From Callorhinchus milii (Eukaryota), in NCBI RefSeq assembly GCF_018977255.1, contig NW_024704742.1:138882001-138946000 (forward strand): 64,000 nt of DNA, read 5' to 3'. The translations under genes were made by a program, and so were the position numbers. Within the stretch, counting starts at the first letter, position 1, and every line of letters starts with the position of its first letter. Of this stretch, positions 24,885-38,260 are shown piece after piece. Below the pieces are notes generated by a model. The model ran no database searches and had not been told where the DNA came from. It saw only the letters and a program-made list of their open reading frames with translations.

Positions 24885-25690
24885 CCCTGAACTGTCCTTT
24901 CTCCCCCACATCCGCGCCATGACCGGCACTGCCCACCACCACCTCCGCAACACTGCCAGACTCCGCCACTGCCTCACCCCTCAGGCCCCCAAACCCTCAC
25001 CCTCACGCATTCGTCACCTCAAGGCTCGATTACAGGAACTCCCTTCTCATCGGCCTTCCCAACTCTTCCCTTCACATCCTGCCGATCATCCAAAACTCTG
25101 CAGCTCATGTACTCTCACGCACCAGACTCCCCGACCCCATCGCCCCCGCCCGACCCCATCGCCCCCGCCCGACCCCATCGCCCCCGCCCGACCCCATCGC
25201 CCCGCCCGACCCCATCGCCCCCGCCCGACCCCATCGCCCCCGCCCGACTCCACTGGCTCCCCATCCCCCAGAGGAACGAGTTCAAGATCCTCGTCCTCAC
25301 CTTTAAGGCCATCCCTGGCCTCGCCCCCTCCTACCTCTCTGACCTGCTGACTCCCTGCCAACCTGCCCACTCCCTCCGTTCAGTGGGCTCCGGCTGCTCC
25401 ATGTCTCCCGCCCGACCTGCCCTACCATCGGTGTCCGGGCTTTCAACCTCTCTGCCCCCACACTCTGGAACTCCATCCCACGGTCCCTTCGCCTCACTTC
25501 CTCACTCACCTCCTTCCAGGCCGGTCTCAAGAACCTTCTCTTCGACCGTACCTTTGGTCTCCCTCCCACCTCTCTGCCTTCCCCCACCTCTCCCCCAAAC
25601 TCGGGCCCCGACATCTGACTATTCAGCGCTTTGGGATGTCCTCCCAACGTGAAAGGCGCTCTATAAGTGTAATTTTGTCGTTGTTGTTGC
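24885..25690 (+). mobile_element. L2 LINE 3' portion with internal 19-bp tandem expansion
   Basis: HHHLRNTARLRHCLTP, LHWLPIPQRNEFKIL, CCCGACCCCATCGCCCCCG repeats, L2 tail with (TTG)n. Confidence 0.88.
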
Positions 25691-26099
25691 TGTTGAAACA
25701 CAACAGCCAATTGCAAACAGCAGTGTTCCACAAACAGTCGTGGGTTGAGTGACCAAATTATTATTATTATTTATATATTTTTATTTTAACAGCATTAAAA
25801 CACCCCAGAAAAGCGATTTGCCAGTTGACTAACAACTGGGTTCCTATTTACTGCTAGGTAAACAGAGGTGTGTGGAGTAAGGAAACTTGCCCAACATTTC
25901 GCCCTGCCAGGAATCGAACACAGGTCTTCTTGCTTGCGAGTGCTCTAACCACTAAGCTACAGGACTCCTCACAGATTCAGGTACGAAGCAAGAAAAAACC
26001 ACCAGTGGCGGGAAGCTTGGGGAACCACAGATCCAGAGTTGTCTGTTTCTCACAAGCATATTACACTCGCCGTATGTCATGACTCAAATTACTCATATA

Positions 26100-26815
26100 C
26101 TGTTTCCCTAAAAGATTCGGAAAGAAATCTAATCTAATTTGCATTTAAATTCATCAACACTTTCTGCTTCCACAGTCTCCCTAGGGAACTTGTTCCATAT
26201 CCATATCCTGATTTACTACTCGCTCACTGAAATGTTTCCGCAGATTAATTCTGAATGTAGCCCCCATCAAGCTTAGACCGTGTCCTCTGGTTCTACTGTT
26301 CCGGACACGATGAAACAACTTATCATGGCCTACTTATTGAGTCTCTTTTAGAATCTTGAAGATAGCAATTATATCACCTCTCCACCTCCAGAGTGAACAT
26401 GCCCAGTTTACTCAATTACTCCTCATAGTCCAGTCCCTCCAGCCCCTCATTCATTCTGTATCCTCTGAATCGCTGTAATATTCCTCCTGAACTGCGGCAA
26501 CCCGAGCTGTGCACAGTACTCCATTTCAGGTCACACCAGTGATTTATAGTGGCACGATTACCCCACTATTTTGGCTCAATATTGATCTCTTAATACATCC
26601 CAACATTTGATTTGCTTCACTCATTGCTACAGACCACGTTATTGTCAATCAGGATCCCCAGGTCTTTTTCATTACAGATTATTTTGTCCCCATTCAAATA
26701 ATAGTCCCTTCCTGGATTTTTTATCCCCATGTGAAGCACTTTGCATTTCTCTACATTAAATTTCATCTGCCATTGGTCTGCCCAATTCCCAAGTAATTTC
26801 AAGTCCTCCTGTAAT
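26100..26815 (-). mobile_element. Older CR1 LINE 3' fragment (related fragment at 47270-47730)
   Basis: WADQWQMKFNVEKCKVLHMG...EKDLGILID. Confidence 0.8.
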
Positions 26816-27973
26816 CAACCGACTGACTAAATGTTGTTAGTCGATTAGAGGATTGCTTTTCCGAGACTAATAATCCCTTAAGAAAAAATTGGTCACTCAA
26901 TCCACGACTGTTTGTGCGACACTGCTGTGCGCAATTGGCTGCCGCATTTCACCCGCAAAATATACAGTCACTCCACTTTACAGTGTATCCTGTGAAGCGC
27001 TTTGAGACGTCTCGAAGGCACGATAAGGCGCTATATCAAATGCAAGGATTATTATTATTATCTTACTCAGCTTTGCAGTCCAAATCATTCAAATTCCCGA
27101 CAAGAACACTACAAAACTGAACAGGTGCATACCAAAGGTAGCAGCAAATATAATCTGCACCAGTTACATCCCAGAAGTTAAATTAAAAATAAGCAACAAC
27201 AAATAAAAGAAAGTGAAACCAAAATCTGAGGAAAAATAAAATGGAAGAGGCGTGGAGCTCATGTCCTGGTTGCAAGCCAATACATGCTTGTGCAGAAGGT
27301 CGTAGCTCCTTAAATCTCAAAGTAAACTGTAAACGGGATGCTCAATGTAATAGCAATCTTTGCATTTGACATAGGGCTTATCACGTATTCAAGACATCTC
27401 AAAGAGCTTCACAGAATATACTGTAAAGTGAATTGACTGTATATTTTGTGGCCGAAACACAGCAGCATCCCACAAACAGTCGTGGATTCAGTGACCACCA
27501 ATTTTTTTTAAAAGGGATTTTTAACCGATCTGCCAATCGACTAACAACTGGGTTCCTACCGACTGCTGGGTAAACAGAGGCATGCGGAGTAAGGAAACTT
27601 GCCCAACGTTTCGCCCTGCCCGGGAATAGAACCCAGGTCCTCTCGCTTGCGAGGCGAGTGCTCAAACCACTAAGCTCCAGGACTCCAATCCTGGCAATAT
27701 AAAGGCACGCACATTGGACAAGTAGCAATGCTGCCTAAAATGTCACCAAAGGGTCACTTTCAAACCAAACACCCAACACCATCTTCAACACCTTTACTTC
27801 CTCTAAGAGGAGATCAGAAGCTTGGTGGAATAATCCAGGAACAGCAGTACTCAAAAGTTCCACAAATGTACATTGAGAGACTAATTTTGTGGAAGAAACT
27901 AAAAAAGGTTTCACTGCAGAAGTGAATGCGAAACGTGCAACTCCTTACAGAGTTCAAGTATAAAGTGAGGTGT

Positions 27974-28005
27974 TGCAGTGCTGAATGTCTCCCACTAGAT
28001 GGCGA
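27974..28005 (+). promoter_or_regulatory. Candidate CTCF site with upstream TGCAG module
   Basis: TGCAG-N13-CCACTAGATGGCG, matching CCASYAGRKGGCR, in non-repetitive intronic sequence. Confidence 0.55.
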
Positions 28006-28139
28006 TCCATACACGAGTACACAAAAAGACAAAGTCTGTTACACGTCCCAGAAGTTGCCTCTTAACTCACTTGTTTAACATGATTTCTGGTTAGCAGAAC
28101 CAATGGAGAAATGAGAAGGAATTTCTAGGGATTGGAGGG

Positions 28140-29540
28140 ATGGCCCCTCTTACCTACATACTCTCTCTCGGCAATGTCATCCGCAACATGGGCTAAACTT
28201 CCACATGTATGCGGATGACATACAAATCTACTTCTCTTCCTCCAGCTGAGACTCCCAGACCACAAATGTTCTGTCAGGTTGTCTGGATGAGTGCAAAGTT
28301 CCTGTAGCTGAAAGTTGACAAGACGGAAGCCGTGCTCTTTTGCTCCCGTCTACGTCTTCTCTCCCGCGGTTCAGACCTCACCCTTTCCCTAAGACTCACC
28401 AAACCCGCGTGCAACTTAGGCACCAGGTTGGACCTCCAGCTTTGCTTTCTATCACACATCTGGTCCCTGGGCAGGACGGCTCTCCTCCACTCTGCCACAT
28501 TGCCCACCTCCGTCCGTACCTCACTCCAAAAGCTACCGAAACCCTTGTCCATGCCTTTGTCACCTCCCTCCTTGCCGGTCTCCCCTGCTCCACTATTCAC
28601 CTGATTCAAAACTCCGCCGCCCACATTCGCACTCACAATAAACTCTGTACCTCAGTCCTTGTCAAACTCCATTGACTCCCTGTCACAGAGCGGATCGATT
28701 CCAAGATCCTCATTCTTGTATTTAAATAAAAATAAATCTCTTCACGCCCTGGCCACACCCCACCCATCTCTCCAACCTGCTTTCTCCCTACACAGCTACC
28801 CGCTGCCTCTGCTGGACTGGCTCCGGCCTCCTCCTTGTCCCTGGACACTCCATCCCACCTTCAGTGGTTGTGCTTTCAGCCACTACAACAACAACAACAA
28901 GATTCCATTTATAAAGCGCCTTTCACGTCAGGAGGACGTCCCAAGGCGCTGCACAGTTGGGTCATGACCCGAGCATTGGGGAAATGGTCAGGGGAGGGGA
29001 GGGAGCGAGGAGGGGGGAAATGGTGAGGGGAGGGAAGGGAGGGAGCGAGAAGGGGGAAGAGAGTCGAGAGCGGAGCTGAAGGCTGGTCAAAGAGAAAGGT
29101 TTTGAGACCGGCCTTGAAGCAGGAAAGGGAGGAGGCGGCGAAGGCACTGGGGGATGGAGTTCCAGAGCCTCGGGGCTGAGAGGCTGAAGGCCCGACCAAT
29201 GGTAGGGCGATTGGGGCGGGGGACGTGGAGCAGACCGGAGCCGGAGGAACGGAGGGTACGGGCAGGTAGGTAGGGGGATAGTAGGTTGGAGAGGTAGGAG
29301 GGAGCGAGGCCGTGAATGGCCTTGTAGGTCACTACATCCCGAAGCTGTGGAAATCTCTCCCTCAATCCTTTCGCCTTCGCCCTCTCCCTATTTTCAGGTC
29401 ACGCTTGAAAACCTTCCTCTTCGACCTTACCTGAGGTCACCTTCCCCCTCCCCCTGGCTCGGCATCAGGCTCAGCCACTGTTAAGCTCTGACACGCCGCC
29501 CGGCTTGAAGGGTGCCATATAAATGTAAGTTGTTGTTGGG
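28140..29540 (+). mobile_element. L2 LINE 3' portion interrupted by an opposite-strand L2 3' end (28886-29329)
   Basis: FHMYADDIQIY...IQNSAAHI. The sequence on either side of the insert joins (CAGCCACTACA|TCCCGAAG) as in the uninterrupted copy at 20685-21355. Confidence 0.85.
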
Positions 29541-29857
29541 GTTTGGAACAAAACCAACAACAAATTACATATATACAGCGCCTTTGGGAGAATGTCCCAA
29601 GGCGCTGGACAGTCAGGGATTTGGAACTGAGCAGAGTGTTGGGATCAGGAGGGCTAGAGGCAGGGGTAGGAGGGTGACCGAAGGTACGGTTGAAGAGCTG
29701 GGTCTTGAGATGGGCCTTGCAGGAGGCAAGGATGGGAGCAAGGCAAAGGGACTGTGGGATGGAGCTCCAAAGGGTGGAGGCAGAGTGGCTGAATGCCCGA
29801 CCACATGTGACTATTTTTGTTATTGAGACTATTCAGATTGCATCAATTGAATCAGGA

Positions 29858-30058
29858 ACAAAATGCAAAACACTACAGATGCTGGAAATCTGAAACAAAA
29901 ACGGAAGTGGCTGGGAACCCTCTGCAGGTCAGGCAGCATCTTTGGAGAAAAGAAAGTGAGTCAACATTTCAGGTCCACGACCCTTTGTCAGAGCTGACTC
30001 ACTTTCCTTTCTCCATAGATGCTGCCTGACCTGCCAAGTGTTCCCAGCGAATTCTGAA
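29858..30058. mobile_element. Penelope-like terminal repeats in inverted arrangement, with a decayed hammerhead
   Basis: Arms 29910-29963 and 29995-30048 are reverse complements. Minus-strand CTGACAA-GGGTC-gtg-GACCT-GAAATGTT lies between them. Confidence 0.8.
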
Positions 30059-31002
30059 ATAGAATCAGCAATTATTTGAAGCGCTCTGAGACGCCGTCCA
30101 GCGTGGAGGGTGCTATATAAATCCAAGTTGTTGTTGTTGAAGCCTGGTTAAGATCATGAGAAGGGATATGGGAAAAGAGCTGGAACTTAGGATGAATTAA
30201 TAGCACAACTTAAAAGAACAGAAGTAGCATAGACACAAGGACCAAATAAGTCTTTTGTGCTGAAAATTTGTTTCTATACTAACATTAATCGTTGCATTTG
30301 ATATAGCGCCTTATCACGTTTTCTAGACACGTTTTCTAGACGTCTCAAAAGGCTTCACAGAATATACTGTAAAGTGAATTGACTGTATATTTTGTTGGCG
30401 AAACGGTGCAGCCAATTGCGCACCACAGTGTCCCACAAACAGTCATGAATTGAGCGATCAAATTTTTAAAAACATTTTTGAAGTGATTATTACCCCTGAA
30501 AAAGCGATTCACCAAGCTGGGTTCCAGCTTACTGCGAGGTAAACAGAGGGTGTGTGTGGAGTAAGGAAACTTGCCTACGGTTTCGCTCTGCCCGGGAATC
30601 GAACCCAGGTCCTTTCCCTTGCAAGGCGAGCGCTCTAACCACTGAGCGACAGGATCTCAGGTCTTAACTGGAAGAATGATGAATATTTGAGCACAATCCT
30701 GAAATAGTGCCCCCTAGTGACCTATTCCCCAACTAAAATAAATTAATTTTCACCAATTTAGCTCGTCATGTCCTCTCACAATCTTAATGAAACCTCATCA
30801 TACCCCCTGTGTTTGATTAGAACGCCCCCAATTTAACCAGCCTCTCATCATATGTATTTTTTCTCAATCACAGCATCATCCTAGTAAATCTGTGCTCCAC
30901 CCTCTGTATCTCCACGATCTCCTTCCTGTCCTGTGACACTCCAAACTAAACACAAAATTCTGAACCTATTTACAACAACCTCTGCGTTGTTGCAGGTGGG
31001 CT

Positions 31003-31730
<728 letters not shown>

Positions 31731-32410
31731 AGGGTGACCGAAGGCGCAATTGAAGAACTGGGTCTTGAGACGGGCCCTTTACTGCAACTTCTTTTCAACT
31801 TGACATTCCAGTCTCTCCAGCGATTCACTCAGTTTTAATCAGTCAATGAGCAATTTCAGCATCTGCTCAACCCCAGATCTGCAGCTCCTCCCCTCGTGCC
31901 TCCAAGCTCACCCACCCCCAGACTCCCCCACTATTCTCTCCCCAGGCTCCCACGCTAAACCGCTTCCCGCCAGCCGCTATCCCCCTTCCCGCCAGGCTCA
32001 CCCACTATCTCCCCCGCTAGGCTCCTCTTCTATCCCCCCCGCCATCCCCCCCCACCAAGTTCCCCGCACCCTCCACCAAGCTCCCCCGCCAAGCTCCCCA
32101 ACTATCCCTCTCCCCCAGGCTCTCCCGCTATCCCTCTGCCCCAGGCTCCCCCACTATTTCCCGCCTCACTCCTGCTATCCTCCACACCCACCCCCCCAAT
32201 GCTATCCTATCCCCCCCACCCACCACCGGGCTTCTGTCTCTACCCACCACCCCCAAGTCCCCACTCCCACCCACCACATTCGGGCTCGTCTCCACATAGC
32301 ATACTTGGGCTTCTGGTCTTACACACCTGAAACGTTGCTCATAAACACTGCGCTGATTTCCCCGTCTCGTACATAGGAAACCTCTGTAGAAAGCAAAGTG
32401 TGTACTGTAC

Positions 32411-33775
32411 CTTTACTTGGCTTGGAGGGTGGTCTGCTCTTGCTGGATCTGCTGGAGCCCCTCAGTGCGTTTTTGTCTTCACTGTCCTTTATGAACTTCT
32501 GCACCTCATCCAGGGGGAGTTTATGAAGAACCACAACAGGTTTTATTCCTTTCTTTAGATCCTCAACCAAATCGAGTTTTTCTGCCTTAACTTTCAATTC
32601 ATTTTTATCCAGAGGTTTCCTTGGTTCTCTCTGCTCACTGGAAACATTACCATCCTTATCCCGTTTGATTTTTGGAATGACAAAGTTTTTAAGTGCTTCT
32701 GACCTGCCTCCTCCGAGCAAATAGCTGGGAAATTTGTCTTTACTGTCAATAGGGGGTTTGTGGATATCAGGTCTGACCCTGCTCCCCTCAGATCTACGTT
32801 CGTCCTTTTCTTTACTGCTCAGTGATCCTGATGGCAGGTCTGATTTGCGACTGGGTTTGAATGCAGATCGATCTTTTATATCCAGCCTGACTCTGGGAGC
32901 ATCTCGATTGTCCGGCCTGATCCTTGGGCTGTCCCCCTGCAGCCTCTGCTCCTCTGGTGAGCAGCGCTCACTGCGATCCACTCGCTCCCCTCTCTCCCCA
33001 GATTCTGATCGAATTCTCTTCTCCACTTTCACTGGTTTCGAGCCGTCTATCCTGCTGCTGTGTTTCACATTCTCATTGCGAGCGGATTTAAAATCAGACT
33101 CGCCTTTGCTCAGCTTTGGTGTTTCTGGTCTCTTGATCTTCGAAGGGTCGATTTTGAGCTTCTCAGCATCGCTCTTGTCCTCTGCTCTGGGTTTCTGTGC
33201 TTCGTGCACATGTTCTCGCTTCTCCCTGGTGGCCTCAGAGACGGGACGCCCTTCGTGCCTGACTTTGGCCATATCTGACCTGTTCTCGGCTTTTACCTTT
33301 GAATGCTCAGATTTGCTCTCGTGTTTCTGCTTCACTATTTCCGGTCTCTTGTCGGACAATGGTTTGGCTGAGTCGCGCCTGTTGTCATGTTTCACTTTTG
33401 CAGCATCACCCTGGCTCTCGCTCCTTTGCTTTGGCGTGTCTGGTCTGGCCTTGATCACATCAGGCCGGCTGTCATTCTTTTGGCCCTCAGTTTCTGACTT
33501 CCTCCTGGGAATCTCCAGACGGTTTTCAGGCTTAGGTTTTAATACTCCGGTCATGGCTTCTTGCTGCAAGTTTGAAGGTTCCTCAGTGCTCTGCACTACC
33601 AGCTCTGATGGTTTCTTTACACACTCTGGGTCTGGAGGAAGGGCTGCCTGCGCGTCTGTCCGTCCTGCGTGGTGCAGATCAATGCTAACCAAGAGGGCAG
33701 GCCTATTTGCACCTCCTCCAGCACCAGCAGTTTCTTGGGGAAATGAGTCTTGTTTCCGTTTCTTTAGGGGTTTGT
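32411..33775 (-). CDS. NIPBL: NIPBL large coding exon (exon 10 equivalent), 1365 nt, containing the HP1-binding PxVxL motif
   Basis: DKPLKKRKQDSFPQE...FPSYLLGGGRSEALKNFVIPKIKRDKDG...KPVVVLHKL...SKPSK. Acceptor gtttcag, donor G|gtacag, phase 1-1. Confidence 0.96.
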
Positions 33776-34174
33776 CTGAAACAATGAACAAAAACCAAGC
33801 ATCACTCTCGTGCACATTTAGCACAATAATGAAAGGCAACAGAGCAGACCACATCTTTTCATGATAAAAATCCTGGCATTTTATATAGCGCCTTAACACA
33901 TCTTCGACACTTCTCAAAGCACTTCAGAATATACTGTAAAGTGGAGTGACTGTATTTTCAGGCCAAAACGCAACAGCCAATTGCGCACAGCAGTGAGTGT
34001 CCCACAAACAGTCATGGATTGAGTGACCAAATTATTATTTTTTTAAAATGGAAATATTACCCCCGGACAAGCGATCAGCCAATCGACTTACAACCAGGTT
34101 CCCACTTACTGCTAGGTAAACAGAGGTGTGTGAAGTAAAGAAACCTGCCTAATGTTTCGCCCTGCCCGATAATT

Positions 34175-35722
34175 TAACAACAAAACAACAAAATTCCCTG
34201 CGTAAAGCGCCTTTCACGTGGGGAGGACGTCCTAAGGCGCTTGACAGACAGAGGTACAGAACGGAACTGGGGGTCGAGGTGGGGGAGGTCGGTGGGGAAG
34301 CAGGGACATCGAAAGCACGGTCGAAGAGGAGGATCTTGAGATGGATCTTGAAGGTGGCAAGGGAGGGGGCGAGGCGGAGGGACTGTGGGATGGAGTTCCA
34401 GAGAGTGGGGGCAGAGTGGAAGAAGGCCCACCCGCGAATAGTGGGATGAGCGAGGGAGGGGGGACGTGAAGCAGGCCGGAGCCCACTGAGCAGAAGAAGC
34501 GAGCAGGATGGTAGGGGGTTAGGATGTCACAGAGGTCGGGGGGAGCAAGACCATGGAGGGCTTTGAAGGCGAGGACTAGGATCTAGAACTGTATCCTCTG
34601 TGTGGTGAGAAGCCAGTGGAGTTAGGCGAGGATGGGGGAGATAGGGTCGCGGAGCCTGGTGGGGGTGAGGATTGGGGTGATGGGGTCGGGGAGCCTGGTG
34701 GGGGTGAGGATGGGGGTGATGGGGTCGGGGAGCCTGGTGGGGGTGAGGATGGGGTCGGGGAGCCTGGTGGGGGTGAGGATGGGGGTGATGGGGTCGGGGA
34801 GCCTGGTGGGGGTGAGGATGGGGGTGATGGGGTTGGGGAGCCTGGTGGGGGCGAGGATGGGGGAGATAGGGTCGGGAGCCTGGTGGGGGTGAGGATTGGG
34901 GTGATGGGGTCGGGGAGCCTGGTGGGGTGAGGATGGGGGTGATGGGGTCGGGGAGCCTGGTGGGGGTGAGGATGGGGGTGATGGGGTCGGGGAGCCTGGT
35001 GGGGGTGAGGATAGGGGTCGCGGAGCCTGGTGGGGATGAGGATGATGGGGTTGGGGAGCCTGGTGGGGGTGGGGATGGGGGTGATGGGGTCGGGGAGTCT
35101 GGTGGGGCTGAGGATGGGGGTGATGGGGTCGGGGAGCCTGGTGGGGGTGAGGATGGGGCTGATGGGGTCGGGGAGCCTGGTGGGGGTGAGGATGGGGGTG
35201 ATGGGGTGGGGGAGAGGACACGGGCTGCAGAGTTAGTTTGGGATGATCTGCAGTCTGTGGAGGGAGGAGTTGGGGGCCGACAAGGAGGGAGTTTGCATAG
35301 TGGAGTCTGGCTGTAATGGAGGGGTGTGTGAGGGTGTCGGGGGCTGTGGTGTGAGACAGTGGGGGAGTCGGGCCATGTTGCGGGGGTGGGGGAGGCAGAG
35401 CAGGTCATGGCACAGATGTGGGGTAGGAAGGATAGTTGAGGGTCAAACAAGACCCCAAGGTTCGGGACTGGCGCAGTGAGGGGGAGTGAGCCCCAGGGAT
35501 GGTGATGCTGTCAGGGCCTGAGGTGTGGAGGCGCTGATGGAAGCCAATCAGGAGCCTCGGTCTTGTTGACGTTCATCTGTAGAAAGTTTGCTCTCATCCA
35601 GGACTTGACGTCAGTGGGTCCTGGAGTCAAGGGTGGGGGGCAGAGATGTAGAGTTGGGTGTCATCCACATACATGTGGGAGTTGACCCCATGTCTACGGA
35701 TGATGTCAACAAGTGGGAGCAT
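34175..35722 (-). mobile_element. L2 LINE 3' portion with an internal 39-bp minisatellite (34630-35210)
   Basis: FDPQLSFLPHI, NSAARVLS, (PTRLPDPITPILT)n repeat, L2 tail. Confidence 0.88.
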
Positions 35723-36789
35723 ATAACAACAACAACAACAAGATTCCATTTATAGAGCGCTTTTCACTTCGGGAGGACGTCCCAAGGCGCTGTACAGTTG
35801 GGTCAAGACCCGAGCATTGGGGGGAAATGGTGAGGGGAGGGAAGGGAGGGAGCGAGGAGGGGGTAGAGAGTCGAGAGGGGAGCTGAAGGCATGGTCAAAG
35901 AGAAAGGTCTTGAGACCGGCGTTGAAGGAGGAAAGGCAAAGGCACTGGGGGATAGACGTTGAAGTGGAAGGGACGAAGCACAGAGTCCTGAGGAATGCCG
36001 CACGAGACGGTGCGGGGGTTGGAGGAGAAGCCGTTTGTGGAGATGAAGTGGATACGGTGTGAGAGGTACAATATGGACCATTCAAGAACAGAGCCGTGAA
36101 GGTTGAGGTGAGAGGAGAGGTGGTGGATAAGGACAGAGTGGCCAACTTGGGATGTCCTCTTGACGTGAAAGGCGCTCTATAAATGTAATTTTGCTGTTGT
36201 TGTCGTCGACAGTGTCAAAAGCAGCAGAGAGGTCAAGTCGGGCGATGAGACAGAGGGAGCCCTGGTCGCAGATGGACAGATTGTCATGTCACTTAATGTA
36301 ACCCAGGTCCTCTCGCTTGCGAGGCAAATGCTTGGAGTAATTCTGTACTTAATGGTTTAATAACAACAGCAAATTACATTTGTATAGCAACCTTCACATC
36401 AGGAGTACGTCCCGAATATTATGGTCAGAAGTATTCTGTCTAAACGAACTGTGCACATGTAAGCATGCTTTTGGAAAAGCAATCTAAATCTTACTTCCGG
36501 GGCTTATTTTATAGCAGTGCTCGGTACTCAATGTGCAAAGTTTTCTAGGTCTCAAGCAAAATATTATCACTGAGATCAAACCTAAATCTACAAAACTATG
36601 GTCCAAGACCAGTAACTGCTAGGTTAATAAGCTAATGCCCTAGAAACCTGCCACTTCAAAAAAAAATTACAATTATGGAGCAAATTCAACAAACAATATG
36701 GGCTAAGACTAGCTATCAGACTGTTGGGCCTGGTCTGATAATGCTAATGCTCTGGAAGATCAGATAAAACAAACCATTTACAGAAACCT

Positions 36790-38260
36790 GTAAACATACT
36801 CATGTGGAGTAAAAGCTGCTATTCCACAAAGACTTTCGACCTCGTGCCCCACGAAGCTCTTGTGATGAAACTGGAACCCATGGGAATACGTCCGGAATGC
36901 GTATTCCAGCTCCAAGATCTGTGTAACGGTTGATGGTGGACTCACTGAGCCCACCCCTCTTGAAAGGGGGTTAAGGCAAGGCTGCCCATTGTCACCCACA
37001 CTATTCAATGTGTTCATCAACAATGTGTTGGATGGCATTGAGGGCAGGAATGCCTTGGTGTATCTGTTCCAGGGTTCTCCGTCAGGATTCCAATGCTCGC
37101 TTGTGGACGATATTGTGCTGTAGCGGCCTCATCACCCCACCCGCCATCTTGAAGACTGGGGCACCCAATGCAGCATGATCGTGGGTGCCCCAAAACAACA
37201 ACAACCAATTACATTTACATAGCGTGTTTCAAGTCAAAAAGACATCACAAGGCGCTGGACAGTCAGAGATTTGGACCCGAGTAGGTGGTTGGGATCAGGA
37301 GGGGTGGAAGACAGGGAAAGTAGGGGTAGGAGGGTGGCCGAAGGTGCGGTCGAAAGGAAGGGTCTTGAGATGCCTTGTAGGAGGCAAGAGAGGGAGCAAG
37401 GCGAAGGCACTCTGGGATGGAGTTCCAGAGATTGGGGGCAGAGAGGCTGAAGGAATCATGGTTCTGCACGGTTCAAGAGAAAACACTGAAGTATTATTGA
37501 TTGGAAGATATAAGGGGCATCAGTCCCCATTGTTGATTCTTATCAGTATCTGGGGGTTGCGATGACACCAAATTTTTAGCACCTTGGGACGCTCTCACGA
37601 CATGAGAGTCGCTCTGCTCTATAAACGTGACTTGTTTTGCTTGGATGCAGTTCTGAAGGACTGCACTCTGGTCATCCTTGTCTCTGTTCAAGGACACAAG
37701 ATCCCAATGCAGGTCAAGCTATGGTGTATAACACCTATATGGGGCTGCAGCAGAGACTTCCTCCAACCCATTTGTAAATTCCAGGATCAAGCAGTGAGGT
37801 GGATTAGTGGGAACGCAGGGAGGATTCCAGCGTACACTGACCTGTCACTCCACACCCTGAAGGCCAAGGCAGATTCACAGTCAGAGGTCCCTCACATGAG
37901 GACCTGGATTAAGATTTGGAACTAGAGAACATCACAAGCTGCCCTGTAAAGGTCTTCCCAACCACAATGAAGGCAGGTGACCGTCATGTAGCTGATGAGA
38001 AATTCTTGAGGTTTGGGGGTGCCAGTTGCTGGAAGGCATTACCTGGAGTTAGAGTTTGTGATCACATGTCCATACATCTAGTGTATTGAATCCACCTCAA
38101 CTTGTTTGCAGAGTGGTAAGCAGCTGTGCACCTCCAAATAATGGAACCATTGCTCAATGAGAAGGAACGTGTTTCCGAGATGTGGACAGGTGGCATTGCT
38201 CTCACGCATTTAATGCAGAGCTGTGTTGCCCACCAGTAAGCTCTCTGGGATTTCTTGGTT
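36790..38260 (+). mobile_element. Decayed non-LTR retrotransposon of a clade other than the local CR1/L2, interrupted by an L2 tail (37195-37455)
   Basis: Plus-strand DLVPHEALVMKL, GLRQGCPLSPTLFNVFINNVLDG, DDIVL, and a frameshifted zinc-knuckle-like PRCG...THLMQSC near 38165-38225. Confidence 0.7.

Noticed and set aside
32734..33864. 376-aa plus-strand ORF
   Set aside because: Antisense shadow of NIPBL exon 10, with no independent coding evidence.
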